From Octopus sinensis (taxonomy: Eukaryota): a stretch of DNA of 64,000 bases. Positions 12,991 through 25,766 of the stretch are shown one piece after another (position 1 is the stretch's first letter; each line of letters starts with the position of its first letter). Under the pieces are notes generated by a model. The model made no database searches. It saw nothing but the letters and a program-made list of their open reading frames with translations, and was not told the DNA's origin. Position numbers and translations under genes: made by a program. Location: assembly GCF_006345805.1 (NCBI RefSeq), contig NC_043009.1, forward strand, positions 6,572,001 to 6,636,000, read 5' to 3'.

Positions 12991-13047
12991 ATATATATCT
13001 ATATGTATGTATTTATATATCCATGATATATATATATATATATTGTT

Positions 13048-13194
13048 GCGTGGTAAGATGCTTGCTTCCCAACCACATGGTTTCGGGTTCAGTCCCACTG
13101 CGTGGCACCTTCGGCAAGTATCTTCTACTATAGCCTCGGGCCAACCAAAGCCTTGTGAGTGGATTTCGTTGACGGAAACTGAAAGACGCCTGTC
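13048..13194 (+). mobile_element. Family E SINE, 5' half
   Basis: GTGGTAAG...GGGTTCAGTCCCACTGCGTGGCACCTT(C/G)GGCAAGT; resembles the CORE-SINE core (from recall). Confidence 0.85.
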
Positions 13195-13218
13195 ATATAT
13201 ATATATATATATATATAT

Positions 13219-13290
<72 letters not shown>

Positions 13291-13626
13291 CATTAAATAG
13301 ATAGAAACAATTGAGTAATTTCCTTATATTATAATATAACATAATATAAGATAAAATAATTGTCAATTATTAAAACATCAAAATGCCAACAATTTGTATC
13401 GACTTATATGCATTTTTTGATATATAAACAATTCCTTTATATATAAGTAAGGGCACTAATAAGTAGCGCCAACATGCTTCAAGTAGACGCCAAATGGGTC
13501 TAAGTACTACATTATTTACTACATTTGTATTTTGTATTAATTGTTACCGATACGGATTTTTACATGCTGGCAAGATTTTATCTTTCATTATAAAGCTTCA
13601 CCACACACGCGCGCACACATGTATAC

Positions 13627-13671
<45 letters not shown>

Positions 13672-13740
13672 TATATATATATATATATATAATATATATG
13701 TAAATGTATATATGTATAATATATATATATGTGTGTGTGT

Positions 13741-13963
13741 TTGTGCGTCTGTGTGTTGTCCCCCCTAGCATTGCTTGACACCGATGCTGGTGTGTGTTAC
13801 GTACCCGTCCGTCACTTAGCGGTTCGGCAAAAGAGACCGATAGAATAAGTCCCCCGGCTTAAAAGAAGAAGTCCCGGGGTCGATTTACTCGACTAAAGGC
13901 GGTGCTCTAGCATGGCCGCAGTCAAATGACTGAAACAAGTAAAAGAGTAAAGAGTAAAAGAGA
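13741..13963 (+). mobile_element. Family E SINE, 3' half with (GAGTAAAA)n tail
   Basis: Matches the 3' half of 23176-23596. Confidence 0.85.
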
Positions 13964-14211
13964 ATATATATATATATATATATATATTGGTAAAAACAGT
14001 AAGATAACAAAAGAAAGAAAGAGACCTCGATATTATGTAAATAGGGGAATTTATCTGTAAATGTAATATGTGACAATTATTCGGTAGCCAAGATAAAACT
14101 CCGAGTTTCGGATGCCGAGGTGGAAATCTTCAGTTATCCGGCCAGAGGAAAAACGCTATGAAAATTACCGTTATACAATAATATATATATATATATCTAT
14201 ATTATTATATA

Positions 14212-14261
<50 letters not shown>

Positions 14262-15201
14262 CTATGCATGTATGTATGTATAGACATACGCATATTTATA
14301 TATGTATATAGAATATATGTATATGTGTGTGTTTGTATTATGTACAACCTATATATAAAATGTCTACTTGTGTGTATTCTTTATACCTCACACAAAACGA
14401 CGCAATAGTGATTGAACAGCTATATCAATTAGGTCTATAATAATATCACCGAAATCTAAAACTTAAAATTAATCTCTGCATGATACTACACCATATACAA
14501 ATGCAGAAGAACCTGTTCTTTCCAAGGTACACCAAGCAAATGAAAGAGGACAGTCACATCGGGTGGAGACTTCAATCAATGAAAGCATTACATAACCGGA
14601 GAAACTACTTCGTCAGCCGCCAAGCGGATATCACCATGCTATCGACACTACTTCCGATGGTCTCAAATAGAGATCAAAATGGCATTCTACCCCCGTTTTC
14701 GAATATACTATAACATTTATACGCAGCATAACTCACAAATATATCAAGTAAGAAAAAGGAACATGGAATGAACAATTCGATTGTATTTAAAATGCAAAAC
14801 CAAATGGCCGTAGAAACGAAACACTGCGAATGTTTATTCGGATAACAATAATAACAAAAGTTGTCAATGACCTAAGCATACAAGCAATCGCTAGTCACAT
14901 TTAAATAAATCTGTTCTGATGTACACGTGTACATTTAATTAGTAAATCAACTATAAGATACTCAGAATGAAAACTTTACTCTAAAGTTTCAAATGTTTAA
15001 TTAAATTTTTTACATAACATCATTGCTTGATCATTCTTGATATTAGATTCTTAATGTTACATGAATCTACTTTCACTTGGATTTGATTTATAAGGAATCA
15101 CATCAACCAACTATTCTACTATAATTTATTATCTGCACGCTAGGTAATAATATATGCTATATATAAGTAATATATAATTGACAACACACATACAGATATA
15201 C

Positions 15202-15239
<38 letters not shown>

Positions 15240-15318
15240 GATATATATATATTATATATGTGTGTGTGTTTTGTGTGTGTGTGTGTGTGTGTGTGTTGTG
15301 TGTGTGTGTGTTTTTTGT

Positions 15319-15594
15319 GTAGGCACATAGCCTAGTGGTGAGAGCAGCGGACTCTTCGTTGAAGGATCGAGGGTTCGAATCTTAGATGTGTGTGTTTATG
15401 AGCGAAACACCTAATCAGGTGGTAATGGCGAGCCTCTGCTCACTGTTTCGCCACAACTTTCTCTCACTCTTTCCTCCTGCATCTTGCAGGTCACCTGCGA
15501 CGGACCGGCGTCCTGTCCAGGTGGGGAACCTATACGCCAAGGAAACCGGGAAACCGGCCCTAATGAACCAGGCGTGGTTCGACAAGGAACAAAC
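15319..15594 (+). mobile_element. Family B SINE
   Basis: Homologous to 8030-8331 with internal deletions. Confidence 0.85.
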
Positions 15595-15699
15595 ATGTAT
15601 GTATGTATATATATATATATATATTTATATGTAGGTCCCGGGTTGATCCGGGGTTAACCACAGTAAGTAAGGTACTCAATACATAGCAGAGTAAAATTA

Positions 15700-16521
15700 A
15701 TTTATTATATAGAAGGAGCTTCTACAGGACTAGTACTGTTTCATTCAAGAGAAATCTTCAGGAAGCTATTTAACAAGAATTGTATTAGCATTTATACATT
15801 TAGGCATGTTTAAAGGAGTGGTGGTGGGGGACTTTTTGGGGGTAGGCATAGCGCAAAATATCATACTTGGGGGAGTGGTCAAGGAGTCAGTGGTAAGTTA
15901 TATGAAAGAATAGATAAAAAAAAAATAAAATAAAAAAAAAAAAATAAAAAAAAAAAAATAAATAAAAAAAATAAAAATAAAAAATAAAAAAATAAAAATA
16001 AAAAAAAAATAAATAAAAAAATAAAAAAATAAAATGTGTGCACATACTTACATAAACACATATACATACACACACACATACGTACACATGTGTGCCTATA
16101 CATACCTACACATACACACATACATACATATAATATATATATTATATAATTATATATATATATATATATAGATATATATATACACAATCAAATCAGGCCC
16201 ATTCCCTAATTTTAATTTTATTATCTTCATTTATTACTTTTGTTATCTTTGATCGCTAGGGCTAAGATCCTGGCGATGGCAGCATGTCCAATGTCTGTCT
16301 ACTAGAAGGCAAGTACTCGTTCCCGCACGCACACTCATTAGCCGTACATACACCCATTCGTACACTCATACACATACACGTACGCACACTTATATTCATA
16401 CATACAAACATCTACATACGTTCACGTATATACACACGTACTCGTACCTACAGATTCATGTCTACACTTTAGGAGGCTAGTCTATATATATACACCAATA
16501 ATATACATATATAATATATAG

Positions 16522-16553
<32 letters not shown>

Positions 16554-16649
16554 TACACACACACACACATATATATATACTCCTACATACAGATACATAC
16601 CCATATATATATACATATACACACACATACATATATTATATACATATAT

Positions 16650-16692
<43 letters not shown>

Positions 16693-16786
16693 CATACACA
16701 CACACACATATATATACACACACATACATACCATATATATACATACACAACATATATACACACATATATATATATACAATATACAC
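15700..16786 (-). repeat. Left arm of ~1.1-kb inverted duplication; putative 3' pLTR of the PLE
   Basis: Reverse complement of 20275-21346; differences are mostly 1-nt indels. Confidence 0.9.
15717..15767 (-). ncRNA. Type I hammerhead ribozyme, canonical core
   Basis: Minus strand AGCUUC-CUGAAGA-UUUC-UCUU-GAAU-GAA-ACAG-UACUAGUC-CUGU-A|GAAGCU: 6-bp stem I, 3-bp stem II with U-U closure, 4-bp stem III, GUA cleavage triplet. Confidence 0.8.
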
Positions 16787-16911
16787 CACATACATACACA
16801 CCTACATACATACACCACAAACACATACATACGTAAACATACATACATACATCCATACATCCATACTTACGTGCATTTATACGCATACATACACCCCCCA
16901 TCTATATATAG

Positions 16912-16955
<44 letters not shown>

Positions 16956-17448
16956 CACACACTCACACATAACATACAAATATACACCCACACATACATA
17001 CATACACGTATACGCATACACGCACATACATATACATGCGTACCCATACACGTGCACACACGCACATGCATCCATATATATACACACACACACACATATA
17101 TACACGTGTGCAAGCATACATACATCCTCATACACGCACACATACTTACCTATACATATATGCACACACTTACACACATATATACATACACATATACATG
17201 CATACTACATATGCATACATACACATACACGCACATACACATATACACATGCGTACCCACACGTGCACGCACGCACGCGCATCCATGTATATACACACAC
17301 AACCATATATACACGTGTGCAAGCATACATACATCCTCATACACGCGCACATACTTACATATACATATATGCCACACGTTACACACATATTATACATACA
17401 CATATACATGCATACATACATATATGCATACATACACACAGCGCACTC

Positions 17449-17491
<43 letters not shown>

Positions 17492-17900
17492 TACAGCATA
17501 TATGTATATACATATATATACACAAACATATATATACACATACACATACACATACATGCACACCTACACACACATAGCATACACATACATACATATATAT
17601 TATATATATATATACACATATATACACATATACACATACATATATACACACATACATACATATACATACACAACACACATACATATACACTGATACACAT
17701 ACCCATACATATATATATATTATATATATATATACACACCACCACTATACACATGCATATACTTATATCTCTACATACTCACATATAAACATATATATAT
17801 ATATATACACACACATATATATACATTACCACCATACACATATACATACACATATACACATACACACATACATATAATATATATCACACTACATATATAT

Positions 17901-17940
<40 letters not shown>

Positions 17941-18380
17941 CCCCCACATATATACATATATATACACACACATATACACACACACACACACATACATATA
18001 CACATATACATGTATACATACGCAATAATGATACACATATATACACATACACAACACAGACGATGCATATACATACATATATATATATATATTACATATC
18101 TATATAATACATACATAATACACATATACACACCATATATACATACATATACATACACATATATATACATATATATATATTATACATATATATATACACA
18201 TATACATATATATACACACATACATACACATGCACATACATACACAAATATACATACACATACATACACACACACGCGCGCGCACATACATATACACACC
18301 ACATGTACAAATACATACATACACACATACACACACACACATATATATACATACAGTACACATATACATATATATATATC
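16787..18380. repeat. Long degenerate CA/TA low-complexity tract
   Basis: Direct reading; includes a ~210-bp-period duplication at ~17030-17415. Confidence 0.9.
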
Positions 18381-18701
18381 AACAAGGGAGGGTGAAGTTA
18401 ATTAGTTATTAATCAAATTCACCAAGAATTCAGTATGTAAAGGGACCATTATTATTTTTGAGTAAACAATGTTTAGAGGAAAAAAAATTTCCCTAAGTAG
18501 TGGAAGAGCTAAAACCTTTATTGGCTGCTTTCTTCTAGAAAGTTAGTATGTGGCAAAGTAATTATTTTATTTTACTAAGCCCTAATTATATAATATTTTA
18601 TACATACATACACATACAAAAACACATACATTTACACCCTATATACACATATACATACAAACACATATACATATATACACCACACACACACACATACAGG
18701 C

Positions 18702-18733
<32 letters not shown>

Positions 18734-18989
18734 TCATATTGCAAACATATATACATATATATATTTTTTTACAAGCATACATACACACACACACACATAA
18801 TACATGCGTTATATTCCTACTGTACCCATGCATTTCTATACATATATACATACATACGATACACATATACAAGCGTGCACATACAATATGTGAAAGGTCT
18901 TATGAGAAAAGGTAATCGGGGGTCTAGGGGAACAGTGGGTGTTGGGGGGGTTTGTAGGGGGGGGGTTGTCATCAATCAGGTTGCCGGGT

Positions 18990-20228
18990 AGTCTATAGTT
19001 CTTATAGTTCGCATACTTCTTATGCATGCAATTTGGGGAGTGTTCTGAAAATTTGTTAAGGAGAGGGCCTTTGGCGAACAAGATCTCTAGGCTCTCTGAT
19101 ATGCATAGGTCACAGCAGGTATGTCCTCCTGTGTACGAGCGCGCCTTCTGTAGTAGTTTCCACTTGGTCTTGAAGGGGATAGAGTTCCTTTTAAGGTACC
19201 AGATGTGGGCGGCGAGGGTAGTTTGGTTGGATTTATCCTGTCGCCGGAGCGAGAGTGTATGTGCGTACCAGCGGGTCTTAAAGCTGTTTGACGTCATTCC
19301 AATGTAGGATTTACTTTAAATATCGTCAGGCCTGATCTTACCTCGCATTTATTATACTAGGTCCCTCTGTAGGCAGTTGTTTTGTTGAGGGGGCAGGTGG
19401 TTTTATCATGGCAGTTGCAACTGCTATCGGACTGTGGATGGGCCCCGGAGAAAGTAGATATGTTAAGTTTTTTCACATTGTTTTGGCTAGGTCCTGGCTA
19501 GATTGGGCGTGGTAAGTAGGAGAGTCTAATAGTGTTCTATTTAGGATAGTTAGTACTTATATTGGGTGGGGAAGTGTTCTGTAGGAGAGTGAAAGATCTT
19601 AGCTACAGGTGTAGCGACCTCAGGTTGAGGGGGGGTTGTACCAGCTAATGTGTCTTCGTCTATTTTTTCCTGGGTTGGCGTTGGGCTATACTAGTATAGG
19701 TAATCCTATCTTTAAAACCACTGCGGGCCAGGGCCTCGTTGTAATAGGGGCTGCGGCTTAAAGATATCTTCCGTGGCGGACAGGCTAGAGATTCTAATTG
19801 AGACACTTTTTACTAGTTATCTAATATATTTTGGGTGGTTTGGAATTGATATCTATATATCTAAGGGATTCATTTGGTTTGTGGTACGGGTAATAAAGTG
19901 AGGTTTTTAAGTCGAGGGTGACATCGAGGAAGTTAGCCTTTGTTAAGTTTGGATTCTAGGGTAATCCAAGGCCTAAGTTTTTAAAGAAGGTGTGAAGGTT
20001 TTTTCCGGAACCCATCCGTGGTCCTGGGGTTTATATTTGTGGAGGGCGAAAAGGCCGTCATCTCGGTAAAGACCACCGAGAGGCCTGTGAATAGGGTTTT
20101 CAGCCTATGGAGGATGAAAAGGCCACTAGGTCACTTATTTCAGCAGAGTCGTTAGCACCCATGCTGACGTCGAAGGGGGTCATAGATTTTTTGTTGATCC
20201 AGTGGGATCCGTCATAGAAAAGACGTCT
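18990..20228 (-). mobile_element. 5'-truncated Penelope-like retroelement ORF (RT C-terminal half plus GIY-YIG endonuclease), frameshifted
   Basis: Minus-strand motifs FDVSMGANDSAEISDLV, GLYRDDGL (YRDD 20057-20068), ANFLDVTLDL, YHKPNESLRYI, CNCHDKTTCPL, YIG (19298-19306)-MTSNSFKTRWYAH, CDLCISE...LLNKFSE. Confidence 0.93.
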
Positions 20229-20274
20229 GTATATATGTATATATATATATGTGTGTATATATGTCATAGAAAAT

Positions 20275-20376
20275 GTGTGTATATATGTATATATATATAT
20301 GTGTGTATATATGTTGTGTAAGTGTTATATTATATGTGTATGTATGTGGTGTGTATTATATGTGTGTGTGTGTATG

Positions 20377-20416
<40 letters not shown>

Positions 20417-20518
20417 ATGTATATATATGTATATATATATGTAAGGTGCTTGTGTAGAGTATATATATATGGGTATGTATCTGTATGTAGGAGTATATAC
20501 TGTGTGTGTGTGTGTGTA

Positions 20519-20554
<36 letters not shown>

Positions 20555-21346
20555 GATGTATATTTATTGGTGTATATATATAGACAGCCTCCTAAAGTGT
20601 AGACATGAATCTGTAGTACGAGTACGTATGTGTATATACGTGAACGTATGTAGATTTTGTATGTATGAATATAACGTGTGCGTACGTGTATGTGTATGAG
20701 TGTACGAATGGGTGTATGTACGTGCTAATGAGTTTGCGTGCGGGAACGAGTACTTGCCTTCTAGTAGACAGACAATTGGACCATGCTGCCATCGCCAGGA
20801 TCCTTAGCCCTAGCGATCAAAGATAACAAAAGTAATAAAGAAGATAATAAATTAAAATTAGGGAATGGGCCTGTTATTGATATGTGGTATATATAATATA
20901 TAATATTATATATATATATATATATAATATTGGGTATGTGTGTATGTGTAGGTATGTATAGGCACACATGTGTACGTATGTGTGTGTGTATGTATATGTT
21001 GTTATGTAAGTATGTGCACACTTTTATTTTTTTATTTTTTTTATTTATTTATTTTTTTTTTTATTTTTTTTTTTTTAATTTTATTTTTTATTTTTTTTTT
21101 TTTTTTTTTATTTTTTATTTTTTTTTTTTATTTATCTATTCTTTCATCTAACTTACCACTGACTCCTTGACCACTCCCCCAATTATGATTTTTGCGCTAT
21201 CCTACCCCCAAAAAAGTCCCCACCACCACTCCTTTAAACATGCCTAAATGTATAAATGCTAATACAATTCTTGTTAAATAGCTTCCTGAAGATTTCTCTT
21301 GAATGAACAGTACTAGTCCTGTAGAAGCTCCTTCTATATAATAAAT
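20275..21346 (+). repeat. Right arm of the inverted duplication; inverted pLTR copy at the PLE 5' junction
   Basis: Reverse complement of 15700-16786; starts ~50 bp from the RT truncation point. Confidence 0.9.
21280..21329 (+). ncRNA. Second copy of the type I hammerhead, one A missing in GAAA
   Basis: AGCTTC-CTGAAGA-TTTC-TCTT-GAAT-GAA-CAG-TACTAGTC-CTGT-A-GAAGCT. Confidence 0.65.
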
Positions 21347-21430
21347 AAATATATATATTTATATAATATATATATTATATATATATATCAATATATAAAT
21401 ATCTATATATATATATATATTATATGTGTG

Positions 21431-21494
<64 letters not shown>

Positions 21495-21676
21495 CGTTTA
21501 AATATATTTTGTTTTGCAAGATTTTTTATGTGAAGTCGTGTGTTGAAACAGATAGTTTGTTATATTTCGGAATGGTCATATTGCCAGTTTAGCCAATAAA
21601 AACACACGCACTATATATTTGGTGTTATTTTGCTTCAGTGATATTTATTTTTTACATTAATCTTAATCTTATTTTC

Positions 21677-21723
21677 GGCCAAAGTTCTTTCGTCGCACAC
21701 TCCTGTGACCGGCATCAGTGGTC
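21677..21723 (-). ncRNA. HHR-like motif, mirror copy in the left arm (with indels)
   Basis: Reverse complement of the 22227-22270 motif. Confidence 0.4.
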
Positions 21724-22226
21724 CTTGTTTTCTTCTCACTTATTTGTGTCTCTCCTTACTAACCGTCAGCCTTTTGTATTTCTATTGTATGTCTTCATTT
21801 GCGCATGCTTATATCTCTATGTGCGTCTATGTTTATTTAGTGTGTGTTGGGGGGATGCCTGTAATATTTGTATCTTCTGTTATATACATTCTTGTAATTT
21901 GTATTTTGTTTTTGTTGTTGTTGCTTTTGTTCTAATTTTGTTCATGTGTTTACATCCACCATTATTATCATTACATATGCTTGTATGTATGTATAACAAC
22001 AATATAGTAATATAATAATAAACCTAATCGAAAAAAAAAAAATATATATATATATAATATATATACACATACATACCACACATATATAACACATATACAT
22101 ACATATATATATATTCACATATACATACATAGATATATATACATATATATAGTATTCCATGCAATAGAATACAAAATGGCTGACGGTTAGTAAGGAGAGA
22201 CACAAATAAGTGAGAAGAAAACAAAG

Positions 22227-22270
22227 GACCACTGATGCGGTCACAGGAGTGTGACGAAAGAACTTTGGCG
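22227..22270 (+). ncRNA. Minimal HHR-like motif with variant core
   Basis: GACCA-CUGAUGC-G-GUCACA-GGAG-UGUGAC-GAA-AG-AA-CU-U|UGGC: perfect 6-bp stem II, A9 replaced by C, minimal stem III. Confidence 0.5.
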
Positions 22271-22385
22271 AAAATAAGATTAAGATTAATGTAAAAAATA
22301 ATATCACTGAAGCAAATAACACCAAATATATAGTGCGTGTGTTTTTATTGGTTAAACTGGCAACATGACCATTCAGAAAATAACA

Positions 22386-22433
<48 letters not shown>

Positions 22434-23133
22434 AAATGTATATCCATGCAAACATACACACGCACAGACACTCTCAAACACCCACACCACAACACACACA
22501 CACACAACACACACACATATATATACATATATATATATTATATATATGGGCGGGGGTGAAAGTGTGAGAGAGTCACAGTAAATTGATGAGATCTAGAGGT
22601 GCTCAATATAAAAAAATTTAGTATATACATTCATATATATATTAAGTATAGAATTATGAACATAGTTATAATTAAGGGCTACTAGACAGAATGTATGTGC
22701 AAGAACTGTATGTATATATTGGTATGTATATATATATGTATGCATTTATTGTCTAATCGATTAAGACGAACAATGAAAATTATCGGTATGTATAAGTACT
22801 TCTTGCTTATATGCTTATAGTTATATTTCAGCTGATGATTGCAGACCAATTTCTATTGCAGAGCATAGAATTTTGAGATATAGAATTATCCAAAATTTTG
22901 TTAATCTTCATGGCCGCATTCAACCTTGGGTTAACAAAAAAACAATAGAGAACTGATTTAGAGTGGATTGTAGCTATTTGACATCTACTACTTAGCGTAT
23001 AGGTGCTGACAATCCAGAGCCCTTAATTACAATTATATTTATAATTATATACATAAAAATTAATTTTACCGATAGTGTCAATTTTTATACGCTAGCCGCT
23101 GATATAATGATTTTAATAATTATTATCTTAATT

Positions 23134-23174
<41 letters not shown>

Positions 23175-23175
23175 C

Positions 23176-23596
23176 TGTGTGGTAAGTAGCTTGCTAACCA
23201 ACCACATTATTCCGGGTTCAGTCCCACTGCGTGGCACCTTGGGCAGGTGTCTTCTGCTATAGCCCCGGGCCGACAATGCCTTGTGAGTGGATTTGGTAGA
23301 CGGAAACTGAAAGAAGCCTGTCGTATATATGTATATATATATATATATATAGATATATATATATATATATATTTGTATGTGTGTGTGTGTTTGTGTGTCT
23401 GTGTTTGTATCCCTAGCATTGCTTGACAACCGAAGATGGTGTGTTTACGTCCCCGTCACCTAGCGGTTCGGCGAAAGAGACCGATAGAATAAGTACTGGG
23501 CTTACAAAGAATAAGTCCCGGGGTCGATTTGCTCGACTAAAGGCGGTGCTCCAGCATGGCCGCAGTCAAATGACTGAAACAAGTAAAAAAAAAGAG
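23176..23596 (+). mobile_element. Family E SINE, full length, with internal (TA)n(TG)n
   Basis: Both halves are present and joined by a microsatellite. Confidence 0.9.
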
Positions 23597-23954
23597 TATA
23601 TATATATATTAATATATACGTAATTATTTATGTATGGATATTTGTACTTGTGTGTGTATATGCATATATCTGTGAAGTTAGAAAAGCAAACATTTATTTT
23701 AACGCCAAATTGAACAAAATTATAAATACTATTTTCTTCTTAATACGTGCAAGGTCAAAATGTAGTATCGGAAGCAGTATACAAGTGTCAAACAGTCCTT
23801 TATTTTATTGGATGCGTAAAAATGAGAAGTAACGTATCTTCTCCGGCGGATTTGAAATCAGAATGTAAAGAGAGTGGCAAATAAATTATGATATTTTTCC
23901 TGGCGTTGCATTAATTCTGCTACTTGGGGGCTCTAGTTACAATAATAGTATTGA

Positions 23955-24560
23955 TAGTGGCTTGAAAGTTAGGTACAGAGCCAGCAGCTTTTGAAGAGAG
24001 AAGTAAGGCGAATAAATAGATCTCAGGACATGACTGGTCCTAATTTTCTTGGCAACGAAAGTGTGAGAAGTAAAGTCGATTTTGGCGGAATTGTAACTCA
24101 GAACGGAAAGACTTACTAAATATTCTGCCTGCTCGCAGTCTCAATAACCTTTATACTAGGGGCACAAGGCCTGCAATTGAGTGGGAGGGGACTAGTCGAT
24201 TATATTTCACTGGATCAAAACTTATCGAACTCGAAATGATGGAAGGCACAATCGACTGCAGCAGTATTTGAACTCAAAACGTAAACGCGGACCAAATACC
24301 ACTATGCATTTTGCCCGGCGTGCTAACGATTCTTTTAGGGCGCCGTCTTGCTCACAGCCTTAATAATGTTTTCATTTTTTGCCAGAACGCCAGCGATTTG
24401 GGGGCGGGGACACGGGGTGGGTGGTGGCTATTTGATTACATAGACCCCATTATTCAAATGGAAAGGATGAAAGACAAATTAAACCTCCTAGTTATTTGAA
24501 CTCAGAACGTAAAGGCGGTCGAAATGCCGCTAAGCATGCTGTCCGGCATACTAACGACTA
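23955..24560 (-). mobile_element. Three consecutive degenerate family A-type SINEs
   Basis: Repeated ...AAAGTCGA...GGCGGAATTTGAACTCAGAACG-like segments at ~24070, ~24250 and ~24495. Confidence 0.7.
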
Positions 24561-24959
24561 ATAATATTGGTAATATAACAACTTTGTAACAATAGTAAGT
24601 AATAATAAAGTTATCCAAAATACAACACGGTATGTGGGTTTATACTTGACTCAATCTATTCCAGTACATCAGTGTGACCTCATTTTGTCGTTTAGAGAAG
24701 TCTGAAAAGCAAATTAGCTTCGGCTTTACTCCAGGTGGATTAGAACTGGGAACTTAATGGACTACAACGAAATATTTCAAGGCATCTTTATCCAACACAC
24801 TAACGACTCTAACAAATAACTCGAAGTAATGCTATTTTCCAATCCTCATATCCACAATGATGGAGTTTACAGAAGAAGACTTAGACATTCAGTTTATATT
24901 GTAAAGATTTAGGAATTTAGAAATTGTAATGGAAAATAAAACCTTCAATATTGTCAACA

Positions 24960-25317
24960 TCATCGTCGCCCACGTCGTCGCTGTCGCCATCGTCATCCTC
25001 GTTGTCATCGCCATCATCATCATCCTCATCATCGCCATTATAAACATCAACAAGCATCGACAGTTATTGTTAGACGGCGACTGGAATGAAAATGTGAAAA
25101 ACAAAGCAAATATAGTCTACATTGTCGAGCTAAACAGCAACAATTATAACAGCAACAACAACAGCAACAATAACAAAAACAACAACAACAACAACAGCAG
25201 AAAAAATGACAAAAGCAGCTACAACAAATATTAAGCTCAAATAACCACTTCTATCAACAACAATAATATGCTTAGTAAGGATAAGAATAAAACAAAGCCA
25301 AGAATAGCAAATCAATA

Positions 25318-25376
<59 letters not shown>

Positions 25377-25440
25377 CAACAACAACCACAAAAATGATAA
25401 TAATAATAATAATAACAACAACAAAAAGATAATAATAATA
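24960..25440. repeat. Trinucleotide arrays (ATC/GTC, AAC, AAT)
   Basis: Direct reading. Confidence 0.9.
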
Positions 25441-25728
25441 TAAAATAAATGAATACATGAATTAATAAAGAAAAAATGTGATAAAGTGGGATCCGACGGA
25501 AACGTATGTTAAAACAATTCCTAATGAAATATCACTTCGTAAAATTCCTTTCTCGTGAGAATCAATAAAGAAGCATGAAGCAAATAGATTTATTGAAAAT
25601 ACAATAATAATATTCTTCAAGAGACCAAACAATGCGAAGAAGAAGAAAACGTAGAACAAAAAACAAAACAAAACCAAAAATCATACACAACACAAAGTCC
25701 TATGATTACACAAACACAGAAATATACA

Positions 25729-25766
<38 letters not shown>

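Larger units (their letters stand above)
21557..22386. repeat. Inverted repeat, ~230-bp arms (21557-21791 and 22158-22386), ~366-bp low-complexity spacer
   Basis: The arms are reverse complements with scattered 1-nt indels. Confidence 0.9.

Noticed and set aside
15637-15652. Hairpin CCCGG-GTTGAT-CCGGG resembling a Helitron end
   Set aside because: No CTAG terminus or 5' TC partner; origin of 15631-15699 unresolved.
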